DNA of 32,000 nt from Thermodesulfobacterium commune DSM 2178. GTDB taxonomy: Bacteria > Desulfobacterota > Thermodesulfobacteria > Thermodesulfobacteriales > Thermodesulfobacteriaceae. The stretch covers positions 1,200,001 to 1,232,000 of the forward strand of contig NZ_CP008796.1 in assembly GCF_000734015.1 (NCBI RefSeq), written 5' to 3'. Below are positions 16,103 through 26,643 of this stretch, in pieces. Numbering within the stretch: position 1 is the stretch's first letter; the number at the start of each line of letters is the position of its first letter. The notes below the pieces were generated by a model that did not search any database, was not told the DNA's origin, and saw only the letters and a program-made list of their open reading frames with translations. A program made the translations under genes and the position numbers.

Positions 16103-17784
16103 CTTACATCAACTACCTTTATTTCTAAGGTGTTTCTGTAGGTGTTTACGTAAGGTTGACCTAAAACTAACCTTATCCTTTCATCTTCTACCACCTGGTT
16201 AAACCAGATAGCGATGATCTCATTTAGTCCTTTTTTAAGCACAAACTTAGAATGTTTATCCTTTAACAAAAATCTTTCTTTTACCTCGAAATTTCTGATA
16301 AGAATGTTTGGAGGGAGATGGGCCTCTCCGTAGGGATGGAGATAAGTTAAAGCCTTCAGGTTTTCTGGATGTAAAAGCTCTGCAAGTTCTACCTCAGCCT
16401 CAACATATACTATCTCTTTTTCAGGTTTAGAAACTAAAGTTAATTTTTTGATTTCGTCAGCTAAACGAGATTTTAGGGCCTCTATGTTATTAAGACTTAC
16501 CTGAAATCCAAGTGCATGTTTATGTCCGCCATACTGAATAAGAAGGTCTTCGCACTTAGAAACTGCCTTAAAAAGATTAAGCCCCTCAGGGGCTCTTCCA
16601 GAGGCAAACCCTACTCCGTTTTCTATAGAAACAACGATAGCAGGAACCTGATACTGGTTTTTTAACCTATTAGCAATAAGTCCTAAAAGACCCTTGGGAA
16701 GATTTTCTGCAGCTAGAAAAATAAAAGGATAGCGTTCTATCTCTCTCTTAGCCAAATTCTCTAAAGAAGAAAGTATCTCTAACTCAAGCTCCTGGCGTCT
16801 CTGGTTGATACCCTCTATCTTAGTTAAAAGCTCCTTAGCCTTAGTTTCTTCGTTTTCTTTTAAAAATTGAAAAACCAACTCAGGGGTCCCCATCCTGCCT
16901 GCGGCGTTTATCTTAGGAATAACCCGATAAAGTAGGTCTTCTTCAGAAAGGGTTCCGTTTAGCCTTGAGTTTTCTATAAGAAGTTTTGTTGCCAAAAAAG
17001 AGGGGGAGGAAAGGTCTCTAAACCCGTAAAAGGTAATCGTGCGATTTTCTCCAAGCAGAGGCACCATGTCAGCTAAGGTAGCTAAACCCACAAGCTCAAG
17101 GTATTTTCGTATCTGAGGGATGTTGTCTCCTCTAAAAAACCCTTGCTCGTAAAAAAACTTTCTTAGAGCCCTTATCAGGGTAAAAGCTACCCCTGCCCCG
17201 CATAGATGATAAAAGGGAGAGCTTTTAGATGTAAGCTTTCCAGAAACCACGATGGTATCAGGTTTTTCGACTACCTCGTGATGGTCTGTAACTATCACAT
17301 CTATTCCCAAGGCTTTAGCCTCGTTTACGGTATCAGCTGCAGAAATTCCCACATCTACCGTGATTAAAAGACTTACCCCTTTTTGTTTGAAGTAAGGCAA
17401 AAATTTGGCGTGAAAACCATAACCTTCTTTTTCCTTACTGGGAATAAGCCATTCAACCTTACAGCCAATACTTACCAAAAAATCATACAACACAAAGCTT
17501 CCGATAATGCCGTCAGCGTCTGAGTCTCCATAAATACCTATGGTCTCGTTAGAAATAGCTGCCTGATATATTCTTTTTACCGCAGGTAACATGTCAGGAA
17601 TCAAAAAAGGGTCACCAAAATCGCTAAGCTGGGGGAAGAGAAAACGATAAGCTTCTTTTATGCTGGTAAAGCCTTTATTGATCAAGACTTGAGCAAGAAA
17701 CGGGGTAAAAAACCCTTTGGTTACAAATTGTTTTAAAACTTCTAAATCGACCTGTTTATTAACCCAAACTTTGGTTGACGACAT
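16099..17784 (-). CDS. recJ: Single-stranded-DNA-specific exonuclease RecJ
   Basis: 561 aa with the DHH motifs [13 protein letters not shown] and VTDHHE, plus DHHA1-type GGHKHALG. Confidence 0.92.
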   Translation of the reverse strand: MSSTKVWVNKQVDLEVLKQFVTKGFFTPFLAQVLINKGFTSIKEAYRFLFPQLSDFGDPFLIPDMLPAVKRIYQAAISNETIGIYGDSDADGIIGSFVLYDFLVSIGCKVEWLIPSKEKEGYGFHAKFLPYFKQKGVSLLITVDVGISAADTVNEAKALGIDVIVTDHHEVVEKPDTIVVSGKLTSKSSPFYHLCGAGVAFTLIRALRKFFYEQGFFRGDNIPQIRKYLELVGLATLADMVPLLGENRTITFYGFRDLSSPSFLATKLLIENSRLNGTLSEEDLLYRVIPKINAAGRMGTPELVFQFLKENEETKAKELLTKIEGINQRRQELELEILSSLENLAKREIERYPFIFLAAENLPKGLLGLIANRLKNQYQVPAIVVSIENGVGFASGRAPEGLNLFKAVSKCEDLLIQYGGHKHALGFQVSLNNIEALKSRLADEIKKLTLVSKPEKEIVYVEAEVELAELLHPENLKALTYLHPYGEAHLPPNILIRNFEVKERFLLKDKHSKFVLKKGLNEIIAIWFNQVVEDERIRLVLGQPYVNTYRNTLEIKVVDVR

Positions 17785-17832
17785 ACAAAACTTATTGTAT
17801 CATATCCAAAACAAAAGTAAAACGGTTTTAAC

Positions 17833-18810
17833 ATGGCAAAACCTAAAATTTTAATCACCGGTGGCTGCGGATATATAGGGTCTCATGTAGCCAAACTTTT
17901 AGTCCAAAATGGATATGAAGTGGTTATCATCGATAACCTTAGCACCACCGGAAAAAAAATCCCCTATGGCAAGTTTTATCAAGTAGACCTTGCCGTAGAA
18001 GAAAAGGTAGAAAAAATCTTAAAGGAAGAAAAACCTGAGGCTGTGATGCATTTTGCAGCCTCTATCGTGGTTCCTGAAAGTGTAGCTTTTCCTCTAAAAT
18101 ACTACCGCAATAACGTAGAAAATACCTTAAAACTTCTTTCAGCGATGAGCAGAGCCAAGGTTAAAAAGTTTGTTTTTTCCTCTTCAGCGGCGGTTTATGG
18201 TATACCAAAAACCATTCCTGTACCAGAGGACGCACCTTTAGAACCCATCAACCCTTATGGTAGAACCAAGGCGATGATAGAAAGGGTCTTAGAGGACCTT
18301 TCTCATGCAGAGGCTTTAGACTACATAGCCCTAAGATATTTTAACGTGGCAGGGGCAGACCCAGAGGCTGAGTTAGGACCAGCCTACAACCAGCCTACCC
18401 ATCTTATCATAAGAGCCCTTAAAACCGCTAAAGGAGAATATCCCTATCTTGAAATCTATGGCACCAACTATCCTACCCCAGATGGGACCTGCATCAGAGA
18501 CTACATCCATGTAATGGACTTAGCCGAGGCTCATATCCTTGCCTTAGAATACTTGCTTGATGGCGGAAAAAGCCTAGTTTTAAACTGTGGGTATGGGGTT
18601 GGGGTTTCGGTAAGACAGGTGGTAGAGGCTGTAAAAAAGGTCACAGGGGTTGACTTTAAAGTAATAGAGACAGAAAGACGTCCTGGAGACCCTCCGGTTT
18701 TGATTGCCGATAATCGAAAAATTAAGTCTCTTTTTTCCTGGGAACCTAAGTTTCAGAACTTAGAAATCATCATCCAACACGCCTGGGCTTGGGAACAAAA
18801 AATTAAATAA
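17833..18810 (+). CDS. galE: UDP-glucose 4-epimerase
   Basis: 325 aa with ILITGGCGYIGSH...SSSAAVYG...PYGRTK...RYFNVAGA...IRDYIHV. Confidence 0.9.
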   Translation: MAKPKILITGGCGYIGSHVAKLLVQNGYEVVIIDNLSTTGKKIPYGKFYQVDLAVEEKVEKILKEEKPEAVMHFAASIVVPESVAFPLKYYRNNVENTLKLLSAMSRAKVKKFVFSSSAAVYGIPKTIPVPEDAPLEPINPYGRTKAMIERVLEDLSHAEALDYIALRYFNVAGADPEAELGPAYNQPTHLIIRALKTAKGEYPYLEIYGTNYPTPDGTCIRDYIHVMDLAEAHILALEYLLDGGKSLVLNCGYGVGVSVRQVVEAVKKVTGVDFKVIETERRPGDPPVLIADNRKIKSLFSWEPKFQNLEIIIQHAWAWEQKIK

Positions 18811-18821
18811 AGAGGATAGTA

Positions 18822-19799
18822 ATGGAAAAACCCTTAGAAAGGGTAAAGATTGCCATAGTAGGTGGTGGCCCTGCAGGTATTGCCTGCGCGATAGAAGCCA
18901 AAGCTAAAGGGTTAGAGCCTGTGGTGGTTCTGGAAAAACATAAAGAGGTATGCTATACCATTTCCAAGTTTTACAAACCAGGGAAAAGGGTAGATGCTGA
19001 TTACCGAGACAAAAACGTCAAACCCATAGGGCTCTGCTCGTTTGAGACAGAAACTAAAGAGGAGTTTTTAGAAAGGATTAATTCCTGGATAAAACAGTGG
19101 AAACTTGATGTAAGACTTAATTCTGAGGTTACCAACATAGTCAAGAATAACGGTGATTATGAAATCTGGGTAAAGGATAAGCCCACATTTTTGGCTGAGT
19201 TTGTAATCATTGCTATAGGTATCTTTTGTGCACCTAACAAACCAGAATATCCCATTCCTTCTGAACTAAAAAACAGGGTATTCTTTGAACCACCAGATGT
19301 AGCCTTAGAAAACAAAAAAATTTTAGTGGTAGGTGGAGGAAACACAGCAGCTGAGGTAAGTCTTCAGTTTTGTGACAAAAACGAGGTACATCTTTCTTAC
19401 CGAAGGCCTTATTTTTTTAGGATAAACGAAACTAACCTAAACCTTCTTTATCAAAAAGAAAAAGAAGAAAAAATCAAACTTTTATTAGGGACAGACATAA
19501 TTCAGATAGCCCCTGAAGGTGAAAAAATAAAGGTCTTCTTTAAAGATGAAACGACTGAGTTCTATGATGTTATCATCTACTGTTTAGGAGGAACCACTCC
19601 TAAAAATTTTCTAAAAAAAATCGGAATAGAGTTAGATGAAAAAGGAAATCCTATCCTAAACGAACATCTGGAAACCAACCTTCCTAAGATTTTTCTTGCA
19701 GGAGACCTTGCGGTCAAAGGAGGAAACATCCTTAAAGCCTTTAACTCAGCCCACACCATCATAGAAAAAATCACAGAATACGAAAAAAACAGGGCTTAA
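18822..19799 (+). CDS. FAD/NAD(P)-binding pyridine nucleotide-disulfide oxidoreductase family protein (thioredoxin-reductase-like)
   Basis: 325 aa with two Rossmann motifs, IVGGGPAGIACA and ILVVGGGNTAAE, and C-terminal FLAGD. Confidence 0.7.
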   Translation: MEKPLERVKIAIVGGGPAGIACAIEAKAKGLEPVVVLEKHKEVCYTISKFYKPGKRVDADYRDKNVKPIGLCSFETETKEEFLERINSWIKQWKLDVRLNSEVTNIVKNNGDYEIWVKDKPTFLAEFVIIAIGIFCAPNKPEYPIPSELKNRVFFEPPDVALENKKILVVGGGNTAAEVSLQFCDKNEVHLSYRRPYFFRINETNLNLLYQKEKEEKIKLLLGTDIIQIAPEGEKIKVFFKDETTEFYDVIIYCLGGTTPKNFLKKIGIELDEKGNPILNEHLETNLPKIFLAGDLAVKGGNILKAFNSAHTIIEKITEYEKNRA

Positions 19800-20944
19800 G
19801 AGCTAAGGATTACTAAATTATCTCTATGGATTACCTCTTTGTTAGGTCTTTCATCAGAGGAGAGAAGATTTTGCAAATCATAGGAAGAAAATGCAGTAAG
19901 GCCTTTGGCTATGATTTCTCCTTTCTGGTTTAAACATTCTACACAGGCACCCTTTGGGAATTCTCCTTCTATCTTTTGAATCCCTGGTAAAAGTAGACTT
20001 TTTCCTTTTTCTAATAAGGCCTTTTCAGCCCCTTCATCTATATAAATCCTACCTTCTGGTTTGATGTAGTATTTTATCCAAAGTTTTCTCATGCTGAGTT
20101 TTCTTTCTTCAGGCCAAAAGATGGTACCTATCTCTTGGCCTCCCCAAAACTTTTCCAAAATAAAAGGTTCCTTACCTGAGAGAAGAACCACAGGAATGCC
20201 CATAGAGTTTGCCATCTTAGCTGCCAGCAACTTTGAATACATCCCTCCCCTTCCTAGACTTCCAGGTTTTTTACCTGCCATCTTAAAAATCGTCTCATCT
20301 ACTCTAAACACCTCAGATATCTTTTCAGCCTGGGGGTTTTCTCTTGGGTCCTCCTTATAAAGGGCATCTATGTCTGAAAGGATAACCAAAAGGTCTGCCT
20401 CGATGGTTCCTGCAACCAAAGCAGAAAGGGTATCGTTATCACTAAATCTTATCCCTTCTGTCGTAACTGTATCGTTTTCATTAACTATAGGAAGTATCCC
20501 CCATTTAAGCAAGGTCTCAAAGGTTTTTTTGGCGTTAAGGTAGCGTTCCCTCAGAGATAGGTCTTCTGCAGTAAGAAGAATTTGAGACACAAAAATACCG
20601 TATTGATTAAAAAGGTTTTCATAAGCCTGAATTAAAGCCGCCTGTCCTATAGATGCCAAGGCCTGTTTTTCACAAAGAGCAAGAGGCTTTTTATAAAACT
20701 TTAACTTTGCCCTTCCACAGGCAATCGCACCTGACGAAACCAGAGCTACCTTATACCCCTCTTTAACCTTTTTCTGAAGCTGATAAACCAAGTTTTCTAA
20801 AACTTCATAGTTTAATCCCTCATCCTGTTTGGTAATTACCGCACTACCAACCTTTACTACCATCCTTTTTACATTTTTTAAAACTTTTTTTAGTCTGGCT
20901 TGTCTATCCATAACTTTATTGTCCTTGAATGATCTCTTTGTCAC
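19796..20944 (-). CDS. proB: Glutamate 5-kinase (with C-terminal PUA domain)
   Basis: 382 aa with VVKVGSAVIT...VSSGAIA.G...ENDT...FSDND.LSALVA. Confidence 0.92.
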   Translation of the reverse strand: MTKRSFKDNKVMDRQARLKKVLKNVKRMVVKVGSAVITKQDEGLNYEVLENLVYQLQKKVKEGYKVALVSSGAIACGRAKLKFYKKPLALCEKQALASIGQAALIQAYENLFNQYGIFVSQILLTAEDLSLRERYLNAKKTFETLLKWGILPIVNENDTVTTEGIRFSDNDTLSALVAGTIEADLLVILSDIDALYKEDPRENPQAEKISEVFRVDETIFKMAGKKPGSLGRGGMYSKLLAAKMANSMGIPVVLLSGKEPFILEKFWGGQEIGTIFWPEERKLSMRKLWIKYYIKPEGRIYIDEGAEKALLEKGKSLLLPGIQKIEGEFPKGACVECLNQKGEIIAKGLTAFSSYDLQNLLSSDERPNKEVIHRDNLVILSS

Positions 20945-21953
20945 TGGTCTGTAATATCTCGTTTATTTTTCTCCAAAGGGCATAAATCAACTGAACCACC
21001 CCTTGGCCTGATACCGCAGAGATAGGAAAAATCTTTGGTTGGTCTTCTTCAGGGAAAAGACACACGATTCTTTCTATCTCTTCTTGGTCTGCTATCGTAT
21101 CTATCTTGTTTAAGGCTATAAAGTATTCCTTTTCTAATAAACGTGGGTTAAAAAGTCTGAGTTCTTCTTTAAGTACTTGATAATCCTTCAAGACCTCTTC
21201 TTTTTTGGTTATGTCAAGCACGTAGAGTAAAACCCTTGTGCGTTCGATATGTCTTAGAAAGTCATGCCCAAGACCAATCCCCTTATGAGCTCCTTCTATC
21301 AGCCCTGGGATATCAGCCACCACAAAAGACCCTCCTTCTAACAGACTTACCACCCCTAAATTAGGCTCAAGGGTAGTAAAAGGATAGTCGGCGATTTTGG
21401 GTTTAGCTGCAGAAATCCTGCTAAGAAGGGTAGATTTCCCAGCGTTAGGGAAACCAACCAGTCCTACATCTGCTATCAATTTTAACTCAAGCAGAATCCA
21501 CCTTTCCTCTCCAGGGGTTCCTTTTTCAGCAATTCTTGGGGCCTGTCTGACCGGGGTAGCAAACCTTGCGTTCCCCCTGCCGCCTTTACCTCCTTTGGCT
21601 ACTACCAGGGTTTGACCAGGAGTTACCAAATCACCTAAAACCTCTCCGGTTTCTGCATCTTTTACAACAGTACCTACAGGTACACGCAAGATAAGGTCTT
21701 CCCCATCTCTTCCTTTCATCTTTTTGCCCATCCCAGGGCGACCGTTCTCAGCCTTAAAATGTACCTGATGATAAAAATCATACAGGGTATGGACCTGAGG
21801 GTCTGCCATCAAGATAACATCCCCTCCATCCCCTCCGTCGCCTCCGTCTGGACCCCCCTTAGGCACGTATTTTTCCCGTCTAAAGCTTACACAGCCATCA
21901 CCACCATTACCTGCCTTAACATAAATTTTTGCCTGATCTACAAATCTTGACAT
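20916..21953 (-). CDS. obg: GTPase Obg/CgtA
   Basis: 345 aa with FVDQAKIYVKAGNGGDGCVSFRREKYVPKGGPDGGDGGDGG and the G motifs GFPNAGKST, DIPGLIEGA and NKID. Confidence 0.95.
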   Translation of the reverse strand: MSRFVDQAKIYVKAGNGGDGCVSFRREKYVPKGGPDGGDGGDGGDVILMADPQVHTLYDFYHQVHFKAENGRPGMGKKMKGRDGEDLILRVPVGTVVKDAETGEVLGDLVTPGQTLVVAKGGKGGRGNARFATPVRQAPRIAEKGTPGEERWILLELKLIADVGLVGFPNAGKSTLLSRISAAKPKIADYPFTTLEPNLGVVSLLEGGSFVVADIPGLIEGAHKGIGLGHDFLRHIERTRVLLYVLDITKKEEVLKDYQVLKEELRLFNPRLLEKEYFIALNKIDTIADQEEIERIVCLFPEEDQPKIFPISAVSGQGVVQLIYALWRKINEILQTSDKEIIQGQ

Positions 21954-21956
21954 AAC

Positions 21957-22997
21957 TTACTCTTTTACCTTCTCTTTTTCTTTTCTATCTATCAACTTAA
22001 AATACTTATCAAAAAGTTTGATAAGCTTATCGGTATTAAAAAGCTCTGGAGGGGTAGAAAGGTTGGCAAAAGGAATTTCAGCCCGAGCCTTTTCTCTATG
22101 CCCTCCTGCAGAACCGATGTCTTTAAAAAGTCTGTTAGCCATTTTTCCTGCATTTTTTCTATAACCATCACAACGAATGATGATAGTTAACACTTTCTTG
22201 TATTCACCCCCTACAAACACCCAAGAAGTTTCATACACCTTGTTGAAAAAATCAGCTATCAACACTAAAACATCAGTATTACTCACCTTGCCTACATAGG
22301 TAAACATCCTGTTTTTTCTAAACTTAAGCTGGTCTAAAGCAATCTTAAAATACCTGAGTTCAGACCGCCTCAAGCTTGAGCTCTCTATCTTGGAAAGAAG
22401 ATGTTTGTTCATGTGTTTATAAAGGTTCTGAAAAGCCATTACATCATGGATGTTAGCACTTTTTTCAAAGTTACTGGTGTCTGTTTTTATCCCGTAAACC
22501 AAAGCTGTAGCCAAGTAGACAGAGGGTTTGATCTTTAAAGTTTTTAAATATTCATATAGAATAGTTGCCGTAGCTCCATAATCAGGCCTGATGTCATAAT
22601 ACTTGGCATAGATTTCGCTAAAAAGAGGGTGATGGTCTATCACCACATCCCAGGAGATGTTTTTAAACTCTTCCCAGTGAGAGGGTTGAGAGTCAACCAA
22701 AACAAACTTATTATGTTCCTCCAGCAACTTTGGACAATACTTAACCAAGGGTATTTTCAAAACCTCTACCATCACTTTATTGTTAAGCCTGGTTATTTCG
22801 TTTATGTTAGCTATGGTTACCTTTTCTACCCGGTTTTGCAATATCCTTTTAAAAGCCAAAGCTGAAGCCAGAGAATCAGGGTCTGCCCAAATAACGATAA
22901 GCACCCTGTCTTTCTTCTCAAAAAGCTTCAGTAAATAACTTACCCGCTCCTTGTTAGACTTAAACCTAATCGTTTTATTGTTTGACTTTTTAGCCAT
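21957..22997 (-). CDS. DHH-family phosphoesterase (NrnA-like)
   Basis: 346 aa with ADPDSLASALAF, VIDHHP and C-terminal GSAGGHREKARAE (DHHA1-like). Confidence 0.8.
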   Translation of the reverse strand: MAKKSNNKTIRFKSNKERVSYLLKLFEKKDRVLIVIWADPDSLASALAFKRILQNRVEKVTIANINEITRLNNKVMVEVLKIPLVKYCPKLLEEHNKFVLVDSQPSHWEEFKNISWDVVIDHHPLFSEIYAKYYDIRPDYGATATILYEYLKTLKIKPSVYLATALVYGIKTDTSNFEKSANIHDVMAFQNLYKHMNKHLLSKIESSSLRRSELRYFKIALDQLKFRKNRMFTYVGKVSNTDVLVLIADFFNKVYETSWVFVGGEYKKVLTIIIRCDGYRKNAGKMANRLFKDIGSAGGHREKARAEIPFANLSTPPELFNTDKLIKLFDKYFKLIDRKEKEKVKE

Positions 22998-23009
22998 AAA
23001 GTTTTATTT

Positions 23010-24197
23010 TTACTCATACATCAAAATAGAGGCTATCTCTTCCTGATAATTTTTTAAATTATAATACAGATAAAAATCAAGGTCAATTTCTCTTTTCCCT
23101 TCTAACCAATCAACCACCGGTTTACTACCCACCAAAATGTCTATCGGACGTTTTTTTTCCTCAAACTCATAAGGGATCTCTAAAAACTCAAACTCCGAAA
23201 AGTTTTCTTTTATAAACCTTAGCAAAATAAGGGTGGTTTTAACTGGTTGAAACCTTACTGGGTCTTTTACGTATAGTTGAAAACCAAAACAACGGCTGCC
23301 TTTCCATTTATCAAAAGTAGGCTCAAAAACAAAAGGCCTCAAAAATACGTGGTTTTTTTCTGGAAGGTCTAATTTTTCCCAAAAATTAAGCACCTTTTCT
23401 ATCCTTAAGTAAGGAGCACCAAAAACCAGAAAGGGTAGGGTTGTGCCTCTACCTTCAGAAAGGTTGGTACCTTCAAGCAACACCTGACCTGGATAAACAA
23501 GGCTACACCACCAGGAAGGAAGGTTAGGGGAAGGTAAAACCCAAGGCCTCCCAAGTTCCTTCCATAACAAACTTTTCCTGTAACCCTTTACAGGAACTAC
23601 CTCTAAATCCAAACCTGGAAAATGTCGTTTTTTAAACAGTAAGGCTAATTCTCCTATGGTTAAACCATGCCTTAAAGGTAAAGGGTCGAGGCCTACAAAG
23701 GATCTAAAATCTTCTTCTAAGTAAGGGCCTTCTATCTTTCCTCCTATCGGGTTTGGTCTGTCAAGGACTACTACTTTTTTCCCTAAGTTAAAACACACCT
23801 TAAGTAGCAAAAACATCGTCCAGATATAGGTATATACCCTACAGCCAACCTCCTGCAGGTCCACAAAAACCACGTCTATGTCTTCTAAATGATAAGGTTC
23901 TGGCTCTAACCTTGGGCCATAAAGACTTATCACAGGGGTTTGGGTAAAGGGCTCCACTTCGTCATAAGACCCTATCATGTTAGCCTGTTTCTCTGAGTAA
24001 AGCCCATGCTGAGGGGAAAAGATAAGCCTGAAGTTTTTCCCAAAAGCCTGTTTAAACCTTATAAAGGTGGGGGTAAAGGTCTCATCAAGAGAGGCCTGAT
24101 TGCAAAGAAGGGCAACTTTATACTTCTGATAAACTTGATAAAGCCCCTGAGAAAAAAACAGGTCTACGCCAAAAAGAGATTTAAGAGGTTTTGCCAT
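23010..24197 (-). CDS. DUF1343-family protein (NamZ-type exo-beta-N-acetylmuramidase family)
   Basis: 395 aa with ...SPQHGLYSEKQANM...DIDVVFVDLQEVGCRVYTY...VVVLDRPNPIGG...PLPLRHGLTIGELA. Confidence 0.8.
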   Translation of the reverse strand: MAKPLKSLFGVDLFFSQGLYQVYQKYKVALLCNQASLDETFTPTFIRFKQAFGKNFRLIFSPQHGLYSEKQANMIGSYDEVEPFTQTPVISLYGPRLEPEPYHLEDIDVVFVDLQEVGCRVYTYIWTMFLLLKVCFNLGKKVVVLDRPNPIGGKIEGPYLEEDFRSFVGLDPLPLRHGLTIGELALLFKKRHFPGLDLEVVPVKGYRKSLLWKELGRPWVLPSPNLPSWWCSLVYPGQVLLEGTNLSEGRGTTLPFLVFGAPYLRIEKVLNFWEKLDLPEKNHVFLRPFVFEPTFDKWKGSRCFGFQLYVKDPVRFQPVKTTLILLRFIKENFSEFEFLEIPYEFEEKKRPIDILVGSKPVVDWLEGKREIDLDFYLYYNLKNYQEEIASILMYE

Positions 24198-26634
24198 GGA
24201 AGTTCTGAGAAAGTTTTAGAGTTTGCATATAAGATTCTACTCCCTTAGCGATACCTTCAGCAACCATTTCTAAATAATGAGGATTTTTAAGTCGTGACTC
24301 TTCTACAGGATTGGTTATGAAAGATACTTCTACCAAAACAGCAGGCATCCTTGTACCTACCAAAACCAAGAAAGGAGCATACTTCACCCCTCGAGAAGTG
24401 GTATCAGGATAAAACCTTACTAAGGTTTGATGAAGATATTGATTAATCTTTTCTGCCAAAAGTTTTGACTCTGAAAGTTTGGTGTTAGAAAGAACTGCCT
24501 TGATTAAATCTTGAAGGTCGCTTAAGGTTTTGTCTGAAGCTGAGTTTTCAAGAGCTGCAACCCTCATAGACTCTGGGTCTGTGCTAAAGTTAAGATAATA
24601 CACCTCGATACCTCTTGCGTTAGGGTCAGGAGAGGCGTTGGTATGTAGAGAGATAAAAATGTCTCCTTTTTTAGAGTTAGCTATTGCTGGCCTCTGAATT
24701 AAGGGGATAAAAACATCGGTATTCCTTGTTAAAATTACCTCTACCTCTGGCAAGTGCTCCTTAAGTTTTTGCGCTAACAGTTTAGCTATCTGAAGGTTAA
24801 CCTCCTTTTCTTTGAGCCCTGTAGGTCCTACAGCCCCTGGGTCTTCGCCCCCATGTCCTGGGTCTATTACTATCCTTTTTATCCCTAAACCAAACTGTCT
24901 CGCAAGATTTATGTATTCCTGCTTGTCCTCGGGCTGTTTTTTCTTAGAAGACAAACTCTTAGATTTTTTAGGTTTGGTAGCTATAACAGTAGAAGGCATC
25001 TTTTCTTTGCCGGTAAAATCAAGCACAAGCTGATGAGGGTCCTTTAACTTAAAAATTTTGTAAGAAGTAAGGCTTTTTAGGTCAACCACAACCCTTACTA
25101 CGTTTTTATCAAACTGACCTACCCTTACCTTTTGTAGATGTACGTCCTTAAGTTCTATTTCCTTAGGAACTTTAGGGTCAAGGTTTGCTGGATAGATGTC
25201 TACATAAATCCTTGGAGTAGGACTTTTAAGGATGTTAGTCTGGTACTCAAAGTTTCCAGAAACACCGATGATAATCCTGGTATAGTCTTCTCCTGTTACC
25301 GGAGAAACCTCTAACACCCTTTTGGCATCAGCTACTAAAGCTGGAGCAGGTTGAGCGTTTACCTTGGTTTCAGAACGCTTAGGTACCACTTGAGGGGCTA
25401 AAGTAATCTTAGGCTCTTGAGCGGTTTGATTTGAAGTATAAAATTCAAATGTTTCTCTCTTTTTTTTCTTCTTTTTAGCGATTTCTTTTTGAGTAGCAGG
25501 AGAAGATCGCTGAGGTAAAGGTTTTAGTTGAGCAAGATAAGCACTTTTAGGAAACCTTTGCTCAAGCTCCTTTTTATATCTTTCAGCAAGGTTTTTGTCA
25601 GATAACTCCTCACCATATATCTTAGCCAGCATATAATAGGCTTCTTCTGTCTCAGCTGAGTTAGAATAATAAGTCAAAAGTCTTTGATAATTCTTCACCG
25701 CTTGGTTCAGGTCTGATTTTCGCAAAGATTTGGTATAAGCCTGGTAATAAGCCTGAGCTGCTTGTAACACTGCCTTAGGAGCTAAAGGGTTGTTTGGATA
25801 AAGAAGATAAAACCGCTTATATTCCTCTGCCAACCTCACCCATTGCTTTCGGCTAACCTTTGGACTGTTTTTTAACCCTTCAAACTTCTTTTCCAAAGCC
25901 TGAAAACTCGTCTCTTTTTCCTCTAAAGGTTTTGAAGGCTGAGATGAATAAGAACCTTCGTCCTCTTCCTTTGGTCGGATGATAAGTTTTTGGTTTGGTG
26001 TTAAAATTTCTGACCTGAGATGGTTAAGCCTTTTAAGTTCCTCTTTAGAAACACGATATCTCTTGGCGATACTATCTAAACTTTCTCCCTTCTTTACGAT
26101 GTGGTATACATACTCTTTTTTTTCTGTGGTTTTTAATTTTTCTCTGGTAGAGGGTTCTTCCTTTTTGACCAAAAGCTTTTGCCCGACTTTCACCTTATTG
26201 GTCTTTAGGTTGTTTAGTCGTTTTATCTCTTCAGGAGTTATTCCATATTTCTGAGCAATCGTTTTTAAGGTTTCACCTTTTTGAACGGTATGATATATCT
26301 CAGCCCCCTGAGAGGTTTTAGGCTTAGTTTCTTCCTTTTTTGGCTGATCCTTTTTGACCCCAACGATAAGCTTTTGTCCTACTGAAAGTTTATCCTTCTT
26401 TAGGTTATTAAGCCGCTTTAACTCAGCTATAGAAAGGTTATATTTCTTGGCTATTTTTTCTAAGGTTTCGCCTTTTTGCACGGTATGGTAAACATACTCT
26501 TGAGAGGCCTTAGGAGTAGAATAAGACTTAGTAGCCCCCTTTACTTGAGAAAATCCCCCTACCAAAAGAAGAAAAAAAGACCAGAAAAAAATTAACGTAA
26601 TCCAGTTCTTGGGAATTAGTTTGAACTTTTTCAT
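24181..26634 (-). CDS. Multidomain N-acetylmuramoyl-L-alanine amidase: signal peptide, 3 LysM, TPR-like region, AMIN, Amidase_3
   Basis: 817 aa. Three YH[TI]V[QK]KGE[TS]L..IA..Y.....[EL]..LN repeats are present. The AMIN-like stretch is TRIIIGVSGNFEYQ...VRVVVDL. The C-terminal part is VIDPGHGGEDPGA...FISLHTNA. Confidence 0.88.
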   Translation of the reverse strand: MKKFKLIPKNWITLIFFWSFFLLLVGGFSQVKGATKSYSTPKASQEYVYHTVQKGETLEKIAKKYNLSIAELKRLNNLKKDKLSVGQKLIVGVKKDQPKKEETKPKTSQGAEIYHTVQKGETLKTIAQKYGITPEEIKRLNNLKTNKVKVGQKLLVKKEEPSTREKLKTTEKKEYVYHIVKKGESLDSIAKRYRVSKEELKRLNHLRSEILTPNQKLIIRPKEEDEGSYSSQPSKPLEEKETSFQALEKKFEGLKNSPKVSRKQWVRLAEEYKRFYLLYPNNPLAPKAVLQAAQAYYQAYTKSLRKSDLNQAVKNYQRLLTYYSNSAETEEAYYMLAKIYGEELSDKNLAERYKKELEQRFPKSAYLAQLKPLPQRSSPATQKEIAKKKKKKRETFEFYTSNQTAQEPKITLAPQVVPKRSETKVNAQPAPALVADAKRVLEVSPVTGEDYTRIIIGVSGNFEYQTNILKSPTPRIYVDIYPANLDPKVPKEIELKDVHLQKVRVGQFDKNVVRVVVDLKSLTSYKIFKLKDPHQLVLDFTGKEKMPSTVIATKPKKSKSLSSKKKQPEDKQEYINLARQFGLGIKRIVIDPGHGGEDPGAVGPTGLKEKEVNLQIAKLLAQKLKEHLPEVEVILTRNTDVFIPLIQRPAIANSKKGDIFISLHTNASPDPNARGIEVYYLNFSTDPESMRVAALENSASDKTLSDLQDLIKAVLSNTKLSESKLLAEKINQYLHQTLVRFYPDTTSRGVKYAPFLVLVGTRMPAVLVEVSFITNPVEESRLKNPHYLEMVAEGIAKGVESYMQTLKLSQNFHGKTS

Positions 26635-26643
26635 TTTTCCTTT

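Noticed and set aside
25980-26520. Periodic DNA similarity that could be taken for a tandem repeat or CRISPR-like array.
   Set aside because: The repeats are the three in-frame LysM modules of the amidase. The spacing and sequence are protein-coding, and there is no repeat-spacer architecture.
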